From the IMG/VR virus record IMGVR_UViG_3300042691_010759: a stretch of DNA of 64,000 nt. One strand, written 5' to 3'. Shown in pieces: positions 47,601-57,707 of this stretch; positions within the stretch are counted from its first letter, which is position 1; each line of letters opens with the position of its first letter. Source of the stretch: an uncultured virus (IMG/VR IMGVR_UViG_3300042691_010759). Its lineage: Duplodnaviria > Heunggongvirae > Uroviricota > Caudoviricetes. The notes beneath the pieces were generated by a model. It saw only the letters and a program-made list of their open reading frames with translations, was not told the DNA's origin and ran no database searches. Position numbers and translations under genes: made by a program.

Positions 47601-47798
47601 ATGGAGTGTATTAAGTGCGGTAAACCAGCCACCAAGAAATACTCACCTGATCTTGATATCAAGGGTATAGGTATGTGTGATGAGCATGAAGATGAAGTAA
47701 AGCTTGATTTACTTGTTACGCAGTTTGATCCCAAAGGATGGGATAAGTTTGAAAAGAAATATTTAAAGAATGGAAAATCAAATAGACAGAATGACTAG
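47601..47798 (+). CDS. small zinc-binding protein
   Basis: CIKCG...CDEH; start moved to ATG 47601. Confidence 0.6.
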   Translation: MECIKCGKPATKKYSPDLDIKGIGMCDEHEDEVKLDLLVTQFDPKGWDKFEKKYLKNGKSNRQND

Positions 47799-48084
47799 TG
47801 GGGCTTGCATAGCCTGGAATGGAGAAATTTGTAAATCTTCTGAGTTTAGATCACGTATGAATTATGCGAATTCAAAGTATAAACCTTCAGAAGCAGAGTT
47901 AAAAAGGATTCAAAATCTTCCTTGTACAGATATTGCAAGGATAGATGAAATTGAAAATCCTGATGTACATGAGTGGTATCAAGTTGGTACAGACAAGTAC
48001 GGAAGAAATATGTATTGTCCAAAGACGGATACCAAAAGAACTCAAACTATGGGAGAGTTTTACGGCAATGCTACTGTAGATTAA
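47770..48084 (+). CDS. hypothetical protein
   Basis: 104 aa ORF. Confidence 0.6.
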   Translation: MENQIDRMTSGACIAWNGEICKSSEFRSRMNYANSKYKPSEAELKRIQNLPCTDIARIDEIENPDVHEWYQVGTDKYGRNMYCPKTDTKRTQTMGEFYGNATVD

Positions 48085-48411
48085 GATGAGCCTGAAGATA
48101 GACATGATGGTTAAGCATCTGAAAGATAGCAATAAGAACTGGAAGATTATGACCAAGAGTATGATAAGATGTTATCTGAAAGACAAGTTCAAGTGTTCAG
48201 CTTATATGGCTAATCAGGCTATAGAAAAACTGTATAAAGATGAGTAAAGAAATGGTAGATCTACTTGCTGTAAGTATGATATGTGTTACAGTGATTGTAT
48301 GTGTAATAATTGTAAGCAGAAGATCATGAAGGACTTTAATGAGAAGTGGTACTTTATAGGTACAGTCGTTGGCATCTTTGCCGGAATAACAATTGGTTAT
48401 TTAATGTTCGG

Positions 48412-48621
48412 ATGACAAAAGAAGAATTGATAGAGTGGGTAAACAATTTACCATTGCAAACTCTAACAGATGAGTTAAAAGCTGATATAGTAGATGAGCT
48501 AGATGCAATGCTCGCCTTCAATGTATCGGATATGGAGAAAGCATTTATTGCAGGAGGTAAGATGGCGCGCAATATAAACGCGCCAGGATTTCATGAATTC
48601 CTTAAAACAATTGCACCATGA
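48412..48621 (+). CDS. hypothetical protein
   Basis: start moved to ATG 48412. Confidence 0.5.
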   Translation: MTKEELIEWVNNLPLQTLTDELKADIVDELDAMLAFNVSDMEKAFIAGGKMARNINAPGFHEFLKTIAP

Positions 48622-48723
48622 GTAAAATGGGAAGAGCTGTATTTTGGGTCCAGGAAAATAGATTAGAAAAAGATCCGGATGCCCTAAAGAAATACATTGA
48701 ACATCTTAAAAAAGAAGAAGAGA

Positions 48724-49314
48724 ATGAACGTAATAGAAAAGCACGAGCTGAGGACGGGAAAGAAAGTAAGCATAGCGTATGATGAAGATGCGGAATCTCC
48801 AAGAGAATGGGACACATTTACAAAAATGATTTGCTTCCATAAGCGTTATAATCTTGGTGATAAGCATGATTACAAACATAACGATTATGAAAGCTGGGAG
48901 GAACTGGGAGCTGCCATTACGGACAGAGAGAAGCCAATCCTTATAAAGCCTTTGTATCTGTATGATCATTCTGGAATTACAATTAGCACAAAACCTTTTG
49001 GTTGCAATTGGGATTCAGGGCAGGTCGGTTTTGTAGTAGTTACTCAACAGACCTTAGATGATTATGGTTTCACTATTGCTGAAAATGAATCCTGGAATAG
49101 ATATTATGAAAGGATCGAAAGTAGAGTAGAAGAAGACATAAAGATTTATGACTCGTTCATAACCGGTGAGGTGTATCGTTTCCTTATAGAAGATAAGGAT
49201 GGTGATGTACTTGATAGTTGTGGAGGATTTTATGGTGATTACCAAGACTCCGGATTAATTGAATACATCAAAGATTCGTTATCTCCTGAAGAGTTTGAAG
49301 AACTAGATTTGTAA
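48724..49314 (+). CDS. phage hypothetical protein (YLYDHSG family)
   Basis: SPREWD, LYLYDHSG, WDSGQVG, SCGGFYG. Confidence 0.7.
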   Translation: MNVIEKHELRTGKKVSIAYDEDAESPREWDTFTKMICFHKRYNLGDKHDYKHNDYESWEELGAAITDREKPILIKPLYLYDHSGITISTKPFGCNWDSGQVGFVVVTQQTLDDYGFTIAENESWNRYYERIESRVEEDIKIYDSFITGEVYRFLIEDKDGDVLDSCGGFYGDYQDSGLIEYIKDSLSPEEFEELDL

Positions 49315-49317
49315 AAG

Positions 49318-49349
49318 AAAAAAGGGTATCGTTGAGATACCCTTTTTTT
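49318..49349. terminator. bidirectional terminator between convergent modules
   Basis: A-run GGGTATC-GTTGA-GATACCC T7. Confidence 0.8.
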
Positions 49350-49391
49350 GTTATACCAAGATAGTTATTTGAGAAAGTTAGCAGAGAAGTA

Positions 49392-52300
49392 TTAACGTAC
49401 CTTGGCTTGATAAGTCTGGAAGTTTTGTATCGCCATAGCAGGATCCAAACTTGAACCGGTAAGACCTACGGTTTTTGCAAAGTGTGCTAAAAACTTAGAG
49501 CCTCCCTTTTGTTGCCAGTCATATGGACCTACATTGCGTGTGTAATATGCACTAGGATCATCAGTAGCAGTAGCTTTAATATCTTCCCATAGCTGTACAT
49601 AGCTATCAGTGGTTGGACCAAATGCTACAGACTTAAGATCTAATAGAGAGTTATAATGTTTAACACCTCCCGTTAGTAAGTTAAACTGTTCGTTCTCACC
49701 GCGTACCTGCATCAACATATGTAGAGCATGTACTTCCATGTAACCTAACATATCAAATTCTCTATCACCATCCTCTGTTGTAAGTGGGAAAGGTAGAGCT
49801 CCTGATTTTTCACGTAGCTTGTCATAGCGCTCATCATCATCCGGATCCCATCCAAATAATAGAGACATTAACATTGTAGTACCAAGAAGCATTGCAACTT
49901 CAGCAAGCATTTTTAGCATTGCTGTTTTTTCAGCATCTGTAAGATACTTTAAGTTTTGACCACCTTGCTTGATACTCTCAATCATTGTTTTAGTAAACTG
50001 AACATAGAATCCCATCTGTACATCACCTAGTCCTGGATTTAATCTTGGCTTAGGATCCCAGATTGGTCCAGAAAAGCCCCAGCGATTAATGGCCATAGTA
50101 GTGAAGTACCTACGTAGATAAGATAAGAAGCGGAAGAATAAATAACGTTGTGCTTCAGGCTGATCAAATTTAGCATAAGCACCACCCATATTATTCATAA
50201 CTTGCTGTATCTGATTCTTTGCGTACTTGAATTCAGAGTTATCAATCTTAACTGTAGTTTTGTCTTCTAATTTTTTATCATACTTTTTATTGATTGCAAG
50301 AATCTTATCTTGAACTTTCAGTCTTTCAAATTCATCTTCTATAGTTGAAAGATCCGGAACATCATTTAATTCATCCTGGCGATCTTCTTCTATTTGTTTT
50401 GCTAATTCAAGTTTTGCATTAATGTTAGCATTACGGAATACTTCTTCAGCTTCAGCTTCAGGAATGTTATACTCAGCCGCAATACTTTGAACTGTATCGC
50501 CATCCTTAACAAAATGTACTATAGGTTCTGTACCGTATCTTGCATCAATACCTTCTTTTAATCTAATCTGTCCATCAATAGTTTCAAAAGCATCAATGTA
50601 TTTGATTTCTTTTTCTTCACCTCCTACTTTTTGCTTTATCTTTTTCTTATGCATTATACCTCCAAACAATTGAAGAGCTGCTTGAATTTCCACCCATTTA
50701 CGTGGTGAATACAACCAACTAAATTCGGCAGCATCTTTAAGCATTGTGCGGGACATACTATCTCCAATGTTATCAGCAAATCTATCTTGAATAGGATCAA
50801 AGATTTCTATAAGCTGAATGTTATGAGATTTTGCTCCAGGTTTATACAACTGTCCATTAAAGCTAACTTCAGCCATTGCTTTGTAAGCCCAAGCATTACC
50901 TTGTTGTAAACTCACATGATCCACAAATTGTCCACCGCTTGCTTCAATCATAGCCTGGAACTTCATACCTAAAGAGTTCTTTAAGGCTGATGGTAAGTTC
51001 AGTGCAAAGAAAGAGAATGATGCCCTCTTAAAGAGAAGATTAGCAAAGTTGTTTAGCCATGGTACATTTGCCACGGCACTAGCCTGAGTCTGCCCCTCAA
51101 ATTCTCGCGCAATAAAATTATTTACAGCAGCAAGCCGGACGTTGTCTGGTTTCTTTAGATAGCGAAGTAATCCTCTATTTTTGAACTCCGCCTCATTTAC
51201 TTTATTCAAGTCATTGATGGCGTTGTCAGGATTGTTCAAAGTATTTTGAATAGCCCTTACTACCGGAGATATCTTAACAAGTTGTTTCTGACGTTCAGCT
51301 GACATCATATAACGCATCATATTGGTAGTAATGTTTAATGATACATCATCTGCGTCAACGTCATAAAGTCCTGATATAGGAATATCCGTGATCTCGTTGT
51401 CAAACATATCAGCGCGAACCAAGTTAAATTCTTGTTCATGATTAAATCCATCTTCTGCTTGAGCTTTATCACCATATAAGAAATTCTTTATACGTTCAAT
51501 GAACTGTGAGAGAGCGTTCCATTTCTTTTGACCAAGCTCGTCAATTTTAGTAGACTGTATAACTTCTAACCCATGCTTCATAAAACGTGGATAGTCAAGA
51601 TATAGCCTACTCTTATATGACAAGCCTTCCTGGTGTTTCAAATGAAACTCTTTCATTTTCTCTAGAACAGCAAACAATGCCGGATCCTGAGTTTTAACTT
51701 TCTCATAATCCTCATTAATGTATCTTGAGTCAACTGCTCCATCTTCTATAGTTTTAGGAAGAAAGCGTCCTCGGTTATCTACTGTTTCATTGATCAGTTT
51801 TCTTGTCTTATACTTTGATTTGACAACTCGCGCATAGTAATCTAAAGAAGGGAGCCCTTCAATAGTATCTATTACTTTACCACTTGAATCCTTAATATCA
51901 TATGACTCCATCATATTAGGATCAGAAGGCTTGATAATGTTCCAAGCATAGATTCTTTTATACTCAGTTACCGTAGTCATGATGTTATTAACCTTTTTAT
52001 TATAACTACGCGTAATATGATTTGCCTCAAACCATTTATCAAATTCCGGATCTTGTCCAAGCAATGAAGAAACTACTTTCTCATTTAAAAGTGTAGAAGC
52101 ATTAGCTTGAGTAACAGAGTTTACTTTAAATTCGCTAAGCATTACACTAGTATCTAATTTAGACAACCAGTTATTTAAAATGTCAACATAGTATGGTGTA
52201 GCTTCTCTCTGTGTAATTTCAGATAACTCTTGATAATATCCCTGAAGATCCGCCATTACTTCAGCACTTAATCCATACGTATCTTTTTTATCAAAGTAAC

Positions 52301-55300
52301 TTCTTAGTTCTGTCCATTCACTTTGAGATAAACGGCCAACATCTTTCTTCTTTCTAAGGAGATCAAAGAACCTTTCATTTTCAACTGGAGTAAGTCCATT
52401 CTTTTGAACTTCCGCATTTCTCATTTTCTCAAGCTTCTGCTCAAGCTCTTTAATACGTGCTAAAGATCCAGGAGAAATATCTGTCCCGATGATTTGATTA
52501 TCTTCATCTCTATAACCGGTACTTAATTCAATGATTTCTTCCCATATGGCAGCCTGATCAATTTCATCTCTTTCATTCTTTGGTAGATTTTTTAAGATGT
52601 CTTTAATAGAATCCAATATATCATTACGGCGATTATACCATTCCTCCTTAATAACCTTACGGCTATTACGCTTCTTCCATTCTTCAACTCTAGTTATCCA
52701 TTGAGCTTCTCCTTCTTCTACTCCTTCATTACGTAGTTCTTGTAGGAAATCTAAATAGGCATTTTCAAATACACCTTTTCTAACTTTCCATTCATAGAAG
52801 TCATTAGACTTACTCTTGAAATCTCTCAAGCGTTTAGCAATTTCTGCTTCAGTACCAGTCTTAAGTTTACCATTCAAGTCATATCTAGAATGCATCTGAC
52901 GGTACTGTCTCCATAAATCGTCAATTTCATCTGCAATAAACATGCGGTCTGTTTCTGTTTTTGCAGGCTCAGTAAGCTTTCTCAGTTCTTCAAAAAAACG
53001 TTCCCGGCGATAAGACGCTTCCTTACCAATATCATCTTGTTCCAATAGGTCATACCTATCATAGAATTCAGATACAAATTCTTGGTGCATGTAGTCACGT
53101 TGAAATTTCTTTTGCGCGGCTATTGCATCTATTAAGACTTTCTTATCATTATCATCATTAGTAGAAGCATAACGCTTTTGTGCTTCATCTACTTCATATG
53201 CAAGACGGTCTTCCTCATAACGGTATCCTTTAAACTTATTAAGGAATGTCCATACTTCGCGTTCTTCAAGTTCTCCTGTTTCCCTATTCCATTTAGCAAC
53301 CTTGTCCTTAAAGCCAAGCTTTTCACCAAGTTCTTCAATCTTCATAGGGTTGTAGCCTGCCGCCACTAACAAAGGTCTCATAGTCTCAGCAAAGGTGTTC
53401 GCTTTCCTTTGACTTACTATCATCACATCATTCAACGCATTCTTTGTATACAACGCCAAACCTCCAATAACAGGATCTGTGTTATACAGATAGCCCTCAA
53501 GGTATGAGTTAAACCAGTTAGCATCACCCATATTACCTCTCAAGATAGCTTCTATCTTATCTCTACTAATAGATAACCCTTTCTGAGACAATGCAAGCAA
53601 CTTATCTAATGCTTTTCTCTCTTGAATACTTAATCCCTGGTTCTTATCTTTCTTGAGTAGTTCATTCATTTGGATGAACTCTGCCTTTGTCATACCGTGG
53701 TACTCCTTATAGATAGTATCTATTCTTTCAGGTGGAGCTCCGCGCTCTTCCATATCAGAAATAATCTTCTCATATCTTTCTCTCAGAGTCTTATTAATTG
53801 GTTCCATCTGTGCATAAACAGCATCTCTAGCTCCTAACGCATACATCTCATTGATAAGATCCTTAGTCTTTCTTAAACTACGTGAGGTATCTTCAACAAG
53901 ATTCGTCAAAGGAGATCTGTTTGGTATATCAGATTTATCTACTACATCCTTGAACTCATCCATAAACTTGCTCCAGTAGTTAACAAGCTTATCATAGTAA
54001 TAGGCCTTATGCATATTATCTTGGGTATCCGGATACTGTGAAATATCTTTGACATGCTCAAGAACTTTCTCCATAACTGTTTCCAAACGGAATAAAGTAT
54101 TAGCTAGTGCTTCAACTCTATTACGGCTTTCATTTACATCCTCTCTGAAGTTATCAGCAAGATTAGCTACGGCTGTCTGCCACTGTGATAAGTTACCTCG
54201 CATTTGTTGCAGATCTCCTCTCTGAAACTCATCTGTTAATATTTCCGCCAGCTCACTATAGTTCTCATTCTTAAGAAGCATATTAAGCTGATTATTAATC
54301 ATGTCATAGAAAGTGTTGATGGTGTTCTGCATTTCCTTATGACTGATCTTCTGTAGATCATCAGAAATACCTTCATAATCATCTCTATTGTATGCCACAA
54401 ACTCATCATCTGAAATAAGTTCCGTATCAATTTGGAAGTTATCACCTTTTACCAAAATGTCTGATAACTCATCCATTTTAGTAATAGATGTAATCTTGCT
54501 TACCGGGATCGCTTTACCAAAAACTTTACGTAGTAACTGCTTAATGTTGTACATAAGATTTTTGATAAACTCATTGAATTTGGATTCTGGCTTTACATCA
54601 TCCATTTTACGCATAGCATCAGCTGCTAATGCACGTACAATTACTTCTTCCTTAAAGCTATCTGAATTAACATCAACGTCTGCATATTTACCTAAAACAT
54701 CCTGGATTATTGATTTACCTTCATCTGTACTTGCAAGTTGATCATATAAGGTCTTAAATGCTTTGTTATCGGTCTTTGATAAATGTCTTACCAAAGGATG
54801 AGCAAACTCATGAAGAGCAAGATCTGTAGTTAGTTTATCTGCTATAAAGTAAATCTTACCAGCATAAAAGAATGCAGGTTCCCCATTCCATGGATTACGA
54901 GCATTCTTTGTAATCTCATAAGCATCATTAGCAGATACCATTTCATATGGTACACCTAACGCAGATGATAATTTATTAGCTACTTCAATAGCTTTAGTAT
55001 TTCTCAACTGATCTCCGGTTGCAATTGTATCTTTAGATCTACCTTGAGTTGCTTCAGCTAAATCAGCAAATGATGGATTTTTTGGTAACATCTCCTGGCT
55101 ATCCTCTCTTACAAGCTGATATAAAGGCCTATTAGCTGTTGGAGTCATAAAGGATCCTCTATAACTTTCCGGAATAATAATGGTGTTTGTATTAGCTTCT
55201 TCAAAGAGATACTCATTAAAAGTATATTTCTTAATTCTAATGCCTCGTGTTCCTCTACTTTCTGTACGCCAATTATAGTTAAAATCTTTTAACCTTCTTT

Positions 55301-57695
55301 CTAGTTCTTCTTCAGGAAAACTTTCAAATTTCTTTTTTAATTCTGAATATTTTACAATACTTCCGTTTTTAAGCTCAATCATATGATCCTCTCTAAAAGC
55401 TCTTAGTCCATAATTTTGATAAATAAAAGCTCTTGCTACTTTACCTCTAGGGGAAGTAATAGTATAATCTACAGGACTAAAACTCATACCAGCAATATTT
55501 TCTGTGGCATAATGCAAGTCTTGAATACCTTGCATTACTTCACCCATTACGGCTTGAACCCGCCCATCAATATTTGTAGCAACATATAACTTAGATCTGT
55601 ATTGTATAGGAATTTTATATGCATCTGATGTTTCAACTATTCTATTACCATCTCCATCAGTATATTCTCTTTCAACGCTTGTTGTAGTCCAACCTGGATA
55701 ATGTCTATCAAGTGTTGATCGTATATCATATAGCCTTTCTCCTGATCCACTAATTATTATTAAGTGATCATCTGTTTCCTCATATAATTCTAATTTACCA
55801 TCTTTTACATGGCCCCAGCGATCATTTAATTCTTTAAAACCGACAATATATCTTTCCCAATAAGCTATATCGTAAGTAAGTTTTTGATCTGGCAGTTTAG
55901 CAATAGTAAATGCATCTGAATATCTAAATAAAGAAGACATAAAAGCTACATTTATAGTTCTGCCATAGTTTTCACCATCCGTAAATGTATTTACAGTAAT
56001 TGTTTCGTCAACTATTTCATTTGTAGGACTTGAATAGTTAGGAGTTTTTACAATAAATGACTTATCTGTTTTTCTTACTACTCTGCCTGCAGAACTTAAT
56101 ACATTGCTCGGATTATCTCTTAATTCTTGAATATTATTTTTAAGAAGATTTTTTCTTTTTTCAAGTAGTTCACTAGTACTTCTAATGTTTCTTTGTTGGT
56201 CGCCATCAGTCCATGCTATTTGATATAAACCTGTATTTTGTAGAATTTCTAATTCACCTTCAAATCCATAAGTTTTACCAGGTTGTCCCGGTTGTGTAGA
56301 AGGTTTTTGAAATTTTAAAACATCTTGCCAGCCGTATTTTCCACGAATAGCATCTACCATAAATGCTGCACGTTCACTAGCATAAACATCTTTTAGATTT
56401 TTAAAATAATCTTTGAATCTATTTGCCGTAGGAATTGTACTTTGTTGAAATTCTTGTTTGTATGCGTTTACAGTATTAGAGTTAAAATTAAAATTGCGAT
56501 GATTATTCTTTACATTACGGTATAATGATTCAAATCTATAACGTAAATCTCCTTGATAAGGTTCTTCTTCTACACTTAAATTAGCAACAATAGCCATTTT
56601 AGGAAACGTTCTTTTAATAGCTTCCCACATTTCTGTATCTCTTCTGATTTGACCAGTTGCATAGCTATTATAGATAAAATTACCCACCTGTCTCAAATCG
56701 CTATCAAATTCCGGACTATCAATATAACTCATGATATTAGCAACACTACCTCCCAACATTCCATGCGGAGTATTAGCTCCTCTAAAATCTATCAGTTTTT
56801 GAATAAGTTCTTTGCGCGCTATAAGAAATTGTTGAGAGTCTTTATCTAATATAAATTGATAATCAGAAGCTATTGTTTGCAATCTTTCAATTCTATTAAT
56901 TTCTTGAGTCATATCCTCGATAAAAGGAGTAGCACTCTCTTTTTGTAAGTAACTTCCAATATTAATTTTAGTGTCACTTGCTAATAAATCGGCAAGATCC
57001 TGAATTGAAGTCTGTGCATTAATATATCCGGCATCAACAATACTTTTTGCCGGACCAAAGATTTCTCTAATCTTTTTTACTATTGCTTCCCAAACAGATT
57101 GAATAAAATTATAAGTTGTGTCATCATTAATGCGTCCTTTGGCAAATCTTCCTAAAAGTTCTACAATAGCTTCTTCTTCAATTTCATCAGCCGTATATCC
57201 TTCAGGTTCATATAATGCTGTTATTTCAGCTAATAAATCTTTGTGTTTATCAGCTCTAATTTCAGCACGCATTCTTCCATAGAGAGACATATTACTCTTA
57301 CGGATCATAGCAACAAAGATGTGTCCAAATTCATGCAGTGGAGTATCAAGTGTAGCAAGAGCAGTATTAATTACAACTACATCTTTATCACCTTCTCTAA
57401 CAACTTTTCCTTTCCATCTTTCATTAGGTAAATTTTCAAATCTATAATTAGATCCAAAGAACTTTTTAGCTATACGCTCTGTAAGAGTTTTTACTTTGGC
57501 TACCTGTTCTTGGTTAATAGACTCCTGTTCACGGACTAATTGAAAATAAGCCTGATCTTTTTCTTTAGATAATACTTCTTCTGGAGTTCTGATCATGCCT
57601 CCAGTCTCCATAAAGTCTTTATATGCTTCAAACTTTCCTACAGCTTCTTCTAAAGCTTGCCATTCTGGTAGATTAATGTTAGGACAAATATTCAT
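49392..57695 (-). CDS. giant virion (cargo/ejection-like) protein with two zincin HExxH domains and a LysM-like motif
   Basis: 2767 aa; TPLHEFGH and LALHEFAH; HFVKDGDTVQSIAAEYNI; adjacent to the virion RNAP as in crAss-like phages. Confidence 0.75.
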   Translation of the reverse strand: MNICPNINLPEWQALEEAVGKFEAYKDFMETGGMIRTPEEVLSKEKDQAYFQLVREQESINQEQVAKVKTLTERIAKKFFGSNYRFENLPNERWKGKVVREGDKDVVVINTALATLDTPLHEFGHIFVAMIRKSNMSLYGRMRAEIRADKHKDLLAEITALYEPEGYTADEIEEEAIVELLGRFAKGRINDDTTYNFIQSVWEAIVKKIREIFGPAKSIVDAGYINAQTSIQDLADLLASDTKINIGSYLQKESATPFIEDMTQEINRIERLQTIASDYQFILDKDSQQFLIARKELIQKLIDFRGANTPHGMLGGSVANIMSYIDSPEFDSDLRQVGNFIYNSYATGQIRRDTEMWEAIKRTFPKMAIVANLSVEEEPYQGDLRYRFESLYRNVKNNHRNFNFNSNTVNAYKQEFQQSTIPTANRFKDYFKNLKDVYASERAAFMVDAIRGKYGWQDVLKFQKPSTQPGQPGKTYGFEGELEILQNTGLYQIAWTDGDQQRNIRSTSELLEKRKNLLKNNIQELRDNPSNVLSSAGRVVRKTDKSFIVKTPNYSSPTNEIVDETITVNTFTDGENYGRTINVAFMSSLFRYSDAFTIAKLPDQKLTYDIAYWERYIVGFKELNDRWGHVKDGKLELYEETDDHLIIISGSGERLYDIRSTLDRHYPGWTTTSVEREYTDGDGNRIVETSDAYKIPIQYRSKLYVATNIDGRVQAVMGEVMQGIQDLHYATENIAGMSFSPVDYTITSPRGKVARAFIYQNYGLRAFREDHMIELKNGSIVKYSELKKKFESFPEEELERRLKDFNYNWRTESRGTRGIRIKKYTFNEYLFEEANTNTIIIPESYRGSFMTPTANRPLYQLVREDSQEMLPKNPSFADLAEATQGRSKDTIATGDQLRNTKAIEVANKLSSALGVPYEMVSANDAYEITKNARNPWNGEPAFFYAGKIYFIADKLTTDLALHEFAHPLVRHLSKTDNKAFKTLYDQLASTDEGKSIIQDVLGKYADVDVNSDSFKEEVIVRALAADAMRKMDDVKPESKFNEFIKNLMYNIKQLLRKVFGKAIPVSKITSITKMDELSDILVKGDNFQIDTELISDDEFVAYNRDDYEGISDDLQKISHKEMQNTINTFYDMINNQLNMLLKNENYSELAEILTDEFQRGDLQQMRGNLSQWQTAVANLADNFREDVNESRNRVEALANTLFRLETVMEKVLEHVKDISQYPDTQDNMHKAYYYDKLVNYWSKFMDEFKDVVDKSDIPNRSPLTNLVEDTSRSLRKTKDLINEMYALGARDAVYAQMEPINKTLRERYEKIISDMEERGAPPERIDTIYKEYHGMTKAEFIQMNELLKKDKNQGLSIQERKALDKLLALSQKGLSISRDKIEAILRGNMGDANWFNSYLEGYLYNTDPVIGGLALYTKNALNDVMIVSQRKANTFAETMRPLLVAAGYNPMKIEELGEKLGFKDKVAKWNRETGELEEREVWTFLNKFKGYRYEEDRLAYEVDEAQKRYASTNDDNDKKVLIDAIAAQKKFQRDYMHQEFVSEFYDRYDLLEQDDIGKEASYRRERFFEELRKLTEPAKTETDRMFIADEIDDLWRQYRQMHSRYDLNGKLKTGTEAEIAKRLRDFKSKSNDFYEWKVRKGVFENAYLDFLQELRNEGVEEGEAQWITRVEEWKKRNSRKVIKEEWYNRRNDILDSIKDILKNLPKNERDEIDQAAIWEEIIELSTGYRDEDNQIIGTDISPGSLARIKELEQKLEKMRNAEVQKNGLTPVENERFFDLLRKKKDVGRLSQSEWTELRSYFDKKDTYGLSAEVMADLQGYYQELSEITQREATPYYVDILNNWLSKLDTSVMLSEFKVNSVTQANASTLLNEKVVSSLLGQDPEFDKWFEANHITRSYNKKVNNIMTTVTEYKRIYAWNIIKPSDPNMMESYDIKDSSGKVIDTIEGLPSLDYYARVVKSKYKTRKLINETVDNRGRFLPKTIEDGAVDSRYINEDYEKVKTQDPALFAVLEKMKEFHLKHQEGLSYKSRLYLDYPRFMKHGLEVIQSTKIDELGQKKWNALSQFIERIKNFLYGDKAQAEDGFNHEQEFNLVRADMFDNEITDIPISGLYDVDADDVSLNITTNMMRYMMSAERQKQLVKISPVVRAIQNTLNNPDNAINDLNKVNEAEFKNRGLLRYLKKPDNVRLAAVNNFIAREFEGQTQASAVANVPWLNNFANLLFKRASFSFFALNLPSALKNSLGMKFQAMIEASGGQFVDHVSLQQGNAWAYKAMAEVSFNGQLYKPGAKSHNIQLIEIFDPIQDRFADNIGDSMSRTMLKDAAEFSWLYSPRKWVEIQAALQLFGGIMHKKKIKQKVGGEEKEIKYIDAFETIDGQIRLKEGIDARYGTEPIVHFVKDGDTVQSIAAEYNIPEAEAEEVFRNANINAKLELAKQIEEDRQDELNDVPDLSTIEDEFERLKVQDKILAINKKYDKKLEDKTTVKIDNSEFKYAKNQIQQVMNNMGGAYAKFDQPEAQRYLFFRFLSYLRRYFTTMAINRWGFSGPIWDPKPRLNPGLGDVQMGFYVQFTKTMIESIKQGGQNLKYLTDAEKTAMLKMLAEVAMLLGTTMLMSLLFGWDPDDDERYDKLREKSGALPFPLTTEDGDREFDMLGYMEVHALHMLMQVRGENEQFNLLTGGVKHYNSLLDLKSVAFGPTTDSYVQLWEDIKATATDDPSAYYTRNVGPYDWQQKGGSKFLAHFAKTVGLTGSSLDPAMAIQNFQTYQAKVR

Positions 57696-57707
57696 AGTTG
57701 TAATAAT

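Larger units (their letters stand above)
45504..47603 (+). repeat. four TTTAAAT(C/T)AGAATAA(G/T)AT junction repeats
   Basis: copies at 45504-45527, 46492-46510, 47380-47398 and 47580-47603, each at a gene boundary. Confidence 0.8.
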
